This document shows, one piece after another, positions 27,434-38,450 of a stretch of 64,000 nucleotides of DNA. The first letter of the stretch is position 1, and each line of letters starts with the position of its first letter. A program made the translations under genes and the position numbers. The notes beneath the pieces are model-generated. The model had not been told where the DNA came from. It was given only the letters and a program-made list of their open reading frames with translations, and ran no database searches. The stretch is from Octopus sinensis (taxonomy: Eukaryota), in NCBI RefSeq assembly GCF_006345805.1, contig NC_043004.1, forward strand, positions 49,290,001 to 49,354,000, in the 5' to 3' direction.

Positions 27434-27642
27434 GATAGGTGAATGAATTATCCTATGTTTACCGTCAACATGGAAAATTCGATGAACCGATACCAGGGTA
27501 GCAAATTCACGTCAGAAACGCAGTTGAAGCGACCTATCCAAAGGTAGAAACTCCGGGTTTATGTGCAGAAATTTGTGTGTTATATATGAATAAATAAATA
27601 AATGGAGTTGAACGAAGATGTTAACAAAATTCCTCTACTCTC
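27434..27642 (-). mobile_element. Putative PLE pseudo-LTR segment with terminal fold-back
   Basis: Reverse complement of 5645-5850; its 5' 43 nt are duplicated in inverted orientation at 27643-27685. Confidence 0.65.
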
Positions 27643-27694
27643 GAGAGTAAAGGAATTTTGTTAACATCTTCGTTCAACTCCATTTATTATATAT

Positions 27695-27725
<31 letters not shown>

Positions 27726-28005
27726 TTCAACAATTGAGGGTAAAATTAATTATTAATCAATTTCACCAAGTATTCAGTATGTAAAGGGACCATTTTAGGC
27801 GAATTCAAAATATTACATTATATATAAGGGCTTAGTAAAATAAATTACTTTGCCACATACTGAACTCATTAGAAATAGCAGCTAAAGAAATTTCTTCAGC
27901 TATTTCTAATACTTAAAGAAGATCTCTCTCAGATAGTGTTTGCCTAAACCAACTCACAAAGGTATGGGGGGAAAAAACATTAAAAAATCAAGTGCAAAGG
28001 TTATT

Positions 28006-28057
28006 TGAGAACGTACGTTTCTAGATTAGTCAATTCGACATTTCTTTCGTCAGCTCA
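28006..28057 (-). ncRNA. Type I hammerhead ribozyme motif
   Basis: UGAG-CUGACGA-(imperfect stem II)-GAAA-CGUACG-UU|CUCA; stem I 4 bp; palindromic ACGUACGU stem III; stem II closes with A.A instead of G-C. Confidence 0.7.
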
Positions 28058-28559
28058 GAATTCCTTGAATCGGATTTGGGAACACTGAAAGTTGGGAGCA
28101 TACCCTTTCGGCTTCTTATCACTTCTAGAATTCTGCTCGAACTAAAAGTGCTATCAAATCCGAATATGCAAGCGAAGAATTTCTGCTCTCCCCTTTCCAC
28201 CAGCGTGGGTTAAAATTGACAAACACCATGTATTAACGGTGAAAACCGCAGCATTTAACAGAGAGAGATGAATTATAATTTCAACAATTGAGGGTAAAAT
28301 TAATTATTAATCAATTTCACCAAGTATTCAGTATGTAAAGGGACCATTTTAGGCGAATTCAAAATATTACATTATATATAAGGGCTTAGTAAAATAAATT
28401 ACTTTGCCACATACTGAACTCATTAGAAATAGCAGCTAAAGAAATTTCTTCAGCTATTTCTAATACTTAAAGAAGATCTCTCTCAGATAGTGTTTGCCTA
28501 AACCAACTCACAAAGGTATGGGGGGAAAAAACATTAAAAAATCAAGTGCAAAGGTTATT

Positions 28560-28611
28560 TGAGAACGTACGTTTCTAGATTAGTCAATTCGACATTTCTT
28601 TCGTCAGCTCA
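28560..28611 (-). ncRNA. Type I hammerhead ribozyme motif (identical second copy)
   Basis: Same sequence as 28006-28057, offset 554. Confidence 0.7.
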
Positions 28612-28795
28612 GAATTCCTTGAATTCCTTATATATATATATAAGTAATAACAAAGGGTGAAATTAAGAAGTAATTAGTAACTTCACCAAGTAGAATTCGG
28701 CATGAAAAAAGACCATTTTATGGTAAGTTTAAGTAATACTATATAATTAGGGTTCAGCAACGATTAGCTAATCGTTGCTGAACCCTAATTATATA

Positions 28796-28832
<37 letters not shown>

Positions 28833-28924
28833 TAATCCAAACAAGAAAACAAAAAAACAACAACGCAAGGATGTGGAACAAATAAAGTATTATTGGACGC
28901 TCAGGAAAGAAGGGAAGAAGGAGG

Positions 28925-28959
28925 GTTTGACGTTTCGAGCGGAGCTCTTCGTCGGAAAC
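28925..28959 (-). ncRNA. Minimal HHR relic (U4C)
   Basis: GUUU-CCGACGA-A-GAGC-UCC-GCUC-GAAA-CG-UC|AAAC. Confidence 0.5.
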
Positions 28960-28996
28960 ATAGGAGAAAGAAACATCCCGAGACGGGAGGACAGAG

Positions 28997-29045
<49 letters not shown>

Positions 29046-29645
29046 ATACATATATATATATGTGTGTATGTGTGCGTGCATGTTGTGTGTATGTGTGCAT
29101 GTATGACATTGTGTGTATGTTTGTCCTCCACCAACAGGTGGCAACCGGTGCTGGTGTGTTTACGTCCCCGCAACATAGATGTTCGGCATAAGAGACCGAT
29201 AAAATAAGTATTAGGATTGAAAAAATAATGAGTATTGGTGTTTGATTAATTCGACTAAAATTTCTTCAAATCGGTACTCCAGCGTGGCCGCAGTCTAGTG
29301 ACTGAAACAAGTAAAACAGATAAAAATACGCGCACACGCGCGAGCGAGTTGGGTAGCTGTTGTTTCTTTTACCAGAATTTCATGCTGTCCTCATTCTTTG
29401 GTGACGGCGATCTCCAGCGGATTTTTTGTTTTTGCATTAGATGAGGAAGTAAACAAGTTTTATTTGTACACGTTATTTACCTGTTTTTAACAATGAGGCA
29501 GGTAAGCAATCAGGAAACAAAAGTATTTGAGTAAATAGAACACCTATCTGATCACGTGTACAGGTCATGTGTTAAGACATCACGGCTCTCTGGTACATCT
29601 GTGATGTCAGCTTCAGAATTCAACTATTGACTCACCCGAGAGCGG

Positions 29646-30240
<595 letters not shown>

Positions 30241-32039
30241 CAACAAGCCCAGTAGACGTGTGAATGTATGACTCTCACTAAAAAAAAAGCCTGTAAACAC
30301 AATCTCTTTTTCTCTCTCTCCGTCATAATAATAAAATATCTTTCTTTATTCTCTTTTTCTCACTGACTTTTTTCTTTGCCTCTCCCTCTCTCTCTTTCTT
30401 TCTTTCTTTCTTTCACTTCATCTCTCTCGCTCTATCTAACCTTTCCTATATTTACTACCAACTATCAAATTAAGTTATTTGATAACCGTAAATGCAGGAC
30501 AATGAATAACAAATTAGTTGCCATCGCAGTTTCATTCACTGTCACAGTTGTTATTGTGTGTAAATATAAATATATCTAATCAGAGTCGCTACAAGGTCGC
30601 TCGTTCTGCTAGAAATAGCAGTCAAATCTCCCACAAATCACGCAGTACTATCTTTAAAAACAATTTTTTAAACAAATTATTGAATAGTTTAGTCCTAGAT
30701 GCATAATGTTTGAAAGTATAGATAAGTGCCAGAATAGCCGCAGCTGGAATACTTTCCATCGCAGGTTTCCTCGATTATTGGTTGGCCTCGGGCTAAACAA
30801 ACAACTCCTACTCCTCCAGACAGGCTACTGATACAGATTTTTTTTTAACGCTCAACCTGCTATAAATAGTAGCACAAACAATAAATCACAGCTTACCGTC
30901 ACGAGAAAGTAAAATATACACTAGATAATACTGTCCTATATACGATTAAAAACACTGGCTGAGTCGTTGCTGCAAATTGCCTTTGATCGTAGGTCTGCAC
31001 AATTAAAGTTGACCTGAGGATAAACAAATCTTTACCACCAACATCACTGACGTCATTGTCGTCGACATCATCATCATCATCAACAACAACAACAACAACA
31101 ACAATAACAACTTAAGGGATGCATTTTAGATAATCATTGGATCTTAATAATCAACACGGAGAAAGTGAAACTAATTTTGGTTGGCTACTTCCGCTCTCAT
31201 ATAGCACACTTCCGTTCGCTAATGCGCTCATTGTCGAATAATTTCCTTCTTTCTTGTAGTTCGATAAACGCAAATTCCTCTCGTCTCTGAATCTGAAGTT
31301 GTTAACGAATACATTCGCTTATCTGTTCCGCCCACTATTCCCGGGAGAGTTGTGGGAGTAGAGTCTTCAAGTATCTCCTCCATTGAGTTCTCAACGCATC
31401 ACAACTGATCACATATTCAGTCTACGGCAGGTCTTCGAGAAATCCTGGGAATTTATACAGTTTTTAATAATATTCAGTTACAAAAATGTAATAGGATTTT
31501 TTAAAGCATCGAATGGCTCTAGGGGTCCACTCGAGTAAAATAGGAATCAAAGGGCAAAAAGTGGTTAAGAATCTCTGGACTAGACCCTTCAAGGCGGTGA
31601 CCCAGCATAGCTGCAGTCCATAAACTGAACACTAATTAAAAAAAGAAAAAGATGAGGCTGAGGTGAAGTCGACCCACTTCGATGAACGAAAGTATTAAAT
31701 GATGAAAAGATTATATCCTTATTTTTCATTTTCAAATATTCTTGTCACGGTTTCTATAGGTAAATTCTAGTTCTAAAGCTCGGATCTTTGACCTTTATCA
31801 TTTACTTGTTTCACCCGTTGGACTGCCGGCGTGCTGGAGCGAACACTTCCCCCTCAAAAGGTCTGGTAGAAGAAATCTACTCCTGAACTCCCTTTTTAAA
31901 ATCTGGTACGTATTCTGTCTGTCTCTCTTTGGTCGAATAGTTACGTTATTGGAACGTAAACAAACCGATACTGGTCCTTAGCGATGAAGGAAAAGTAAAC
32001 ACACACACACACACACACACATTCATAAACACACATAGA

Positions 32040-32107
32040 TATGCATACATACAATATATAATATATCTATCTATCTATCTATATATATATATATAATATA
32101 TATATAT

Positions 32108-32138
<31 letters not shown>

Positions 32139-32167
32139 CATACATATATATATATATAATATATATA

Positions 32168-32240
<73 letters not shown>

Positions 32241-32317
32241 AATATTTTAATAATATAAAAATATATATATAGTATATATATACTATATATATATGTATAT
32301 ATATGTATATATATATG

Positions 32318-32409
<92 letters not shown>

Positions 32410-32470
32410 TATTTATATTATTATAATATTCATACATACATACATACATATATTTATATATATATATATA
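32040..32470. repeat. Long interrupted (TA)n tract
   Basis: Direct inspection. Confidence 0.95.
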
Positions 32471-32744
32471 CATGCATGTGCGAGCACAGGACGTCATGAA
32501 ACAAAAGATAATACGAAGAACGAGTACAAGTAATATGAACTATTTTTTCGAACAATGAAAGACACAACTGGAAAACAAGACAGAGATCAAGATATTCTCT
32601 GTATAGAAGACAATAGTACCCAAACTGAGACTCCGATGTCTTTACAGGGAATCATTCCACAAGGTAAAAAAAGAATCAAGTTGAACGGGTATAGAAGCAA
32701 TTATGAGGATAAGAAAAATTAGACATATCAAATATACTTTCCTA

Positions 32745-32905
32745 CTCGAGGCACAAGGCCCGAAATTTTTGGGGAGGGGGTCAGTTGATTAGCCAGTACG
32801 CGACTGGTATTTAATTCATCGACCCCGAAAGGATGAAAGGCAAAGTCGACCTCGGCGGAATTTGAACTCAGAACATTTCGCCCGGCGTGCTAACGTTTCT
32901 GCCAG
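32745..32905 (-). mobile_element. SINE family A, short-tail variant
   Basis: Core and GGCCTTGTGCC tail on the minus strand. Confidence 0.75.
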
Positions 32906-33407
32906 ATCAAATACATCAAATACGAAATATGTATATAAGTATATATGCAAAACAAGAGAAAGCAAAAAGTGGAAAATTATAGATGATGAAATTTTGTGCA
33001 TAAATATATAGATATTTATATTAACAGGTCCCACTTACACAGAGTACAAACGACAGAGAAAATTAAAGGGATAGAAGATAGGTGTTATAAGTCCAACAGC
33101 TATTTCTGGGGTTCGGTAATCTATAATAATATTGGTAGATTTTGTTCATCACAATATGTGGCCATATGGGTGCACCTAACATTGGACAAATCGAACCTCC
33201 GTCATTAAGGAAGAGAAGATCTTACATTTCAGATCTTAATGCAGTGAAGTTCAAAGATGGATCACGTATACACATATGTATTTTGTAGTTGATGTATTTA
33301 AATATATTTAATATATTTGACGTGTTTAATTTGTTTATCCCCCGCCATGATAGATCGCTTTCCACTGCACATTTTTTTTATTTCTCTCCTTGTTTCTTTC
33401 TGTGTTC

Positions 33408-33443
33408 CTTTCTGTGGAAGTGTGTAGGCTCGAAACGTTAAAG
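33408..33443 (+). ncRNA. Minimal HHR relic (A6U, damaged stem II) within a pLTR-like segment ending in (TA)n
   Basis: CUUU-CUGUGGA-AGUGUGUAGGCUC-GAAA-CG-UU|AAAG. Confidence 0.4.
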
Positions 33444-33537
33444 ACTTTTTCACTTTCCGAGCGTTATACTAATACATCTATTTGTTGTCTACACCACCAG
33501 TCTTCGCTTTTGCTTCTTTTTTTGTGAATTCTCCTTG

Positions 33538-33573
<36 letters not shown>

Positions 33574-35199
33574 ATATATATTATTATATATATATATCTA
33601 TATATGACAGTTTCCGTCTACCAAATTCGGGCATTGGTCGGTCCAGGAATATAGTAGAAAACACTAGTCAACGGCACAGCGTAGTGGGATTGAACCCGAG
33701 AGCACGTGGTTGTAAAGCGATCTTCTTAATCACACAGCTATGCCTACGCTTGGAAAATCTCTGATCAACGGTCTTTCCAGTCAAGACTAATCTAGGCTAA
33801 ACAATAATTTCTGCCACAAAGTCAGCTGTTTTATATACACAAATCACAAGATTTATGTCTTATGACTGCTGGCTTGGTGTGTTGGTGGATGGGCTTATTG
33901 TAACGAGCGCTCTGCAACGGGTTTAAGCAATCTGCAACACGCAGCCGTCATGGAGAAATTAATACTATTATTAATGCGCTTTTTTTAAATCGCACGCGAA
34001 ATATCATGTTATTATAAACATAAACACTTTTTTTTACTAAAACTTTTGCAACAATCTGTCTTATTATTTCAACTGTTAAAGTGATGAGCTGGTTGAACCG
34101 TTAGCACGCCAGATTAGATGCTTACCGGTATTTTATCTACTTTACGTTCTTAGTTCAAATCCCGCTGACCTCAGTTTTTGCTTTTCATCCTTTCGGGGTC
34201 TGTAAAATGAGTCTACCGAAGTTGACGTAACAGACTAACCCTCTTCACCCCTCACCTCCAATATTTTAGGCCTTGTGTCTATAGTAGAAAGGATTATTCC
34301 AACTATTAAGATAAGCTGACAGTTTTGTTTCTTTCTCTCGTTCATTTAGGCACCACCCACCACCACAAAGTAACTACGTACAGTGTGATTTTTAGCGATG
34401 TAGTCTGATTTATGATAAACTATATCTTACAAGCCCAACCGCAAGAAAGATTCCCCATGTCTGCCCTACACGTTCCACACACCTTTCATAGGAAAACGCC
34501 ACGTAACTAGCTGCCGAGAAGTATGAGCGACTGTACGAGCTTGCTGCAGAAAAGACAAAAAGAGGTGGCAGTGCTTTTGTGATCCAGAGATTGGAGTGCA
34601 ATAGTGAACAACTTCAAGCCAACCAATTGGGTGGTCTCTAGATGCGATAGAGGATACATTTATATGTGCTGGAGTACTCCATTATGGGTCTTACCTGAGA
34701 TTAATAGAGAGTCAGTAGTCGTTGAAGGGATGAAGTATTTTCTGTTCCGGATAGAAAGTTCAGTTTCTGACCAGTTATGTTGGATCTGAAACTACAAATC
34801 ATTAACCTCGGGTACCTGCGGGGCCGTCTTAGCAGCATTACAGAACACCAGGCGAATCAGTATATTGAGTCATGCAATATTTGTTTTATTAACAGCAAGC
34901 CTCGGCATACATAGATTTGGGTCCCTGAAACCACGAGGCGTCTGGGCAAATATCCAGTGTGCGCATGCCTTAAGACGGCACCTTAAGATATGGAGTTTGA
35001 GAAACCACCCCTTTATCTATAGATTAGTATAACTAGCGACTTGGATGTTACCTAGTGGCTAGGTGTTCGCCTCATGATCATAAGGCCGTAGGTTCAATTT
35101 CTAGACCTAGCAGTGTGTGGTGTCCTTGTACAAGGCACTTCATTTAAAACTGCTTCAGTCTACTCTCTCGTAAATGAGTACCAGCCTCATGCTGGCGCA

Positions 35200-35261
<62 letters not shown>

Positions 35262-35678
35262 TCTCCAGTAGCCAAATCCTAGATGTACTGCTGGATCAAA
35301 GTGTAAAGGAACCGAGAGGGTACCTACGTCTGCTCGCGATTACACGGGCACCTAAAACAATTAGCGAAGGCATAGTACGCTCACGGTATCTAGTAGAGTG
35401 TAGTCTGTTCTAACAGAACATCCACGTTTAAGTGGGTGGGGGGTAAATATTACCTCTCGGTATTAATACAGACTCTGTGCTAATGCATACTTTTTTAACA
35501 AGATCACTGGTGAATCGCGTTACCAGCTCCTGTTCTGGCACTGCCTTTCTATCACTGGCGGGGAGATGAGTCGCTACTATCTCTACTAGTCGAGCTTCCA
35601 TCATTGACAACACCAAGGAAGGTTGAAATCACGTGACCTGATGGTCTCGGCGCTGGAGTTGGCGGAAATTTATCTCCC

Positions 35679-36075
35679 GGCGAGCTGGCAGAAACGTTAG
35701 CACACCGGGCAAAATGCTTTTGCGGTATTTTGTCTGCCATTACGTTCTGAGTTCAAATTCCGCCGAGGTCGACTTTGCCTTTCATCCTTTCGGGGTCGAT
35801 AAATAAAGTACCAGTTAAGCACTGGGGTCGATATAATCGACTTAATCCGTTTGTCTGTCCTTGTTTGTCCTCTCTGTGTTTAGCCCCTTGTGGGTAATAA
35901 AGAAATAGGTATTTCGTCTGCCGCTACGTTCTAAGTTCAAATTCCGCCGAGATCGACTTTGCCTTTCGTCCTTTCGGGATCGATAAATTAAGTACCAGTT
36001 GCGTACTGGGGTCGATCTAATCGATTGGCCCCCGTCCCAAAAATTTCGAGCCTTGTGCCTAGAGTAGAAAAGGAT
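35679..36075 (+). mobile_element. SINE family A dimer (long-tail plus short-tail monomer)
   Basis: Second unit starts at TATTTCGTCTGCC and ends GCCTTGTGCCTAGAGTAGAAAAG. Confidence 0.9.
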
Positions 36076-36562
36076 ATAAGTAAGAGTGCATTTTGCACCA
36101 AAAGCCAATATGAGATGTTCTCACTTGGTATCTACCGCAGTATAATTTGTTCTAACCGAACACCCACGTTTAAGTGTAACTAACTATTACCTCTCGATGT
36201 TAACAGTGCCTCTGTCGCTAATATTTATGGTACTTATCATCAAGCAATGTTTGCGAACGAGTGGCAGCTGGTAATGCTGTGCTGTACAGAACTGGCTACC
36301 AATCAAACGAAAGAGACACACATCACTTCAATACCGTCTACGTGAGTATTGCTCTTCTTCTGTTTCACAATGTTTGCTTTTCCTGACCAGAATTAAACAA
36401 ACGATTCCTTCTCCTCGTCACGGCTATATTGATTATAATTTCTTGGTTGACTACAATAAAAATGTTAACACAGACTTATCATTAGCTTTTCACGCAGAAC
36501 ATGTTCGTATATATCTTTCTTCTGTTCTTCATTTAAGTCATCACTCCGATTACCATTTATTG

Positions 36563-36620
<58 letters not shown>

Positions 36621-36704
36621 CTCACGAATCGAGGTTTCAGTAGGACTGCTGACATTTTAGTTTTACCGTTTTGTCACGTGTGCAGTTTTGGCTATTCTAC
36701 TCTC

Positions 36705-37320
36705 ACTCATCTCAATGTCCACACTACCCTCACATTTCAACGTCCTCTCTACCCTCATTACATCTTTATGTCCACTCTACCCCACCGCACCTAATGTCCC
36801 CTCTGCCCACTACACCTCATTGTTCCCTCTACCCCATCACACCTCAATGTCCATTTACTTCACCATACCTCAATGTCCACTCTACCCCGCCACATTTCAA
36901 TGTCCACTCTGCCTCCCACACTTCAGTACCTTCTCTACCCCCACCACACCCCAATGTCCACAGCACCCCACCACACCTCTATGTCCACTCTACTTCAACT
37001 CACCTTAGTATCCACTATACCTACCACGTCATTGTCCACTCTACCCCACCACACCTCAATGTCCACTCTACCCCACCACACCTCAATGTCCATTCTATCC
37101 CATCCACCTCACTGTTCACCCTCCACCTCCGCACCATACTCCACTCAGCTACACTACATCATTTCTATGCCACCTTACTAACTTCACCTCATTGTCCAAA
37201 CTACCCCGATGCATCTCATTATACACCGTAACCCATTTCCCCTTTGTCCACTATACCCCCTTGGTCATCATTGTCTTTTCTACCCCCATCACCCTCACCG
37301 TCGTCTACTCCTCTTCACCG
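36705..37320. repeat. C-rich 27-bp minisatellite (ACACCTCAATGTCCACTCTACCCCACC)
   Basis: Adjacent units at 37051 and 37078; many degenerate units. Confidence 0.85.
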
Positions 37321-37774
37321 TCTTCCTCTACCCAACTCCAATTGTCTATTAGCGTTTAATCCCATTACTGGACATGACATTAAAATCTGTTCATATTTCT
37401 CATTTAACTAATAATACAATGATACAGAAAATTTGTATCGCATTATTAATTAATTAATGAGATATAATTTTTTATGGCTAAGTCAGATGTGAGAGGCAAC
37501 TAATTGTCGACCGTGTGATATTAAAATGTTGCAGCGTTAGATTGTCTACGACATTGCGTTATTTCTTTGGCAGACAGACTTCATTCTTAAATAAACGAGA
37601 TCGCTTAATTTATAAATAGTCTTTCTTTTTCGTGGAGAGATAGAATAATAGCAAGGGAACCTACGTAATGTATGGAGGTAACGGATAACCCTAAGACCTA
37701 GTTCTTAAAAAGAATCATGTTCAGCCATCGGAATAACGAGGACTGTCTGGTCATCCTTAAGGATGACTGATGAC

Positions 37775-38100
37775 TTGCGTCCCCAAAATCCATCCCCTCC
37801 TCACCGTGGTGGGGACGCTGGCAACGGGTAGTGTCAGAGCTATGCCGTCGGGAACTTCGGTTCCTGGTAGGGCCACCCAAGGCGGATTGGTCTGACACCG
37901 AGTGGTATTAGGGCCACAACCCGGTGAAAATCCTCGGAGTGTCTGCTTCGGCAACAGGCGGCTCCTCGGTCGTTCTGTCCCTGCGTCTGCGGACAATCTG
38001 CGGCAAACAGGATGTCTATACATGCGGGATTGTTGGGGACCGCTTGTGAAATCCACATATTCCCACGAAACTTTTTCCATGAAGTAGAAGAAGCCGACTC
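37775..38100 (+). mobile_element. RTE-like 5' UTR segment
   Basis: CCTCACCGTGGTGGGG...GAGCTATG...CCTGGTAGGG..ACCCAAGGC recalls RTE/Expander 5' UTR motifs. Confidence 0.45.
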
Positions 38101-38129
38101 AACCCGCCCAGGGTGAATGTCGCTACAAG

Positions 38130-38450
38130 TACAAGTACGACTGATGATTTGCGTGGGTGACTTTCTTTACAGTGAAGAAGAGTTGCGCGTCGTCAACCTT
38201 ATTCTCTCGTCCGTGACTATCTTCAATCCAGTGTTAAGGCCAGGTCAAGACGACTTGAGAATGAGACGAGTTCAGTGGATGACCAAGATGTTTTACTTTC
38301 CTCATCTTACTCTCTGGACTCGATAATGCGCTGAACCATAAAGGTTTCTTCCGCATAGTCCGTCGGATCCTGTTTTCACATACATAGGTAGGCAAGCCCT
38401 AATATCTTAATTTACTCATAGCTGGCACCCTGACAAGTCCTACGACTTCG
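38130..38450 (-). mobile_element. Short RTE-related element
   Basis: Homologous to 16370-16668. Confidence 0.45.

Larger units (their letters stand above)
27724..28624 (-). mobile_element. Retrozyme-like tandem unit, 554-bp period (~1.6 copies), two HHR motifs, flanked by (TA)n
   Basis: 27724-28070 is repeated essentially identically at 28278-28624; no ORF; homologue at 45151-45733. Confidence 0.7.

Noticed and set aside
32470-32720. TA-flanked insert with a possible highly degenerate HHR on the minus strand
   Set aside because: The core is not recoverable by eye
36705-37320. CRISPR-like or coding tandem array
   Set aside because: Units are contiguous and degenerate without unique spacers, in a eukaryotic context
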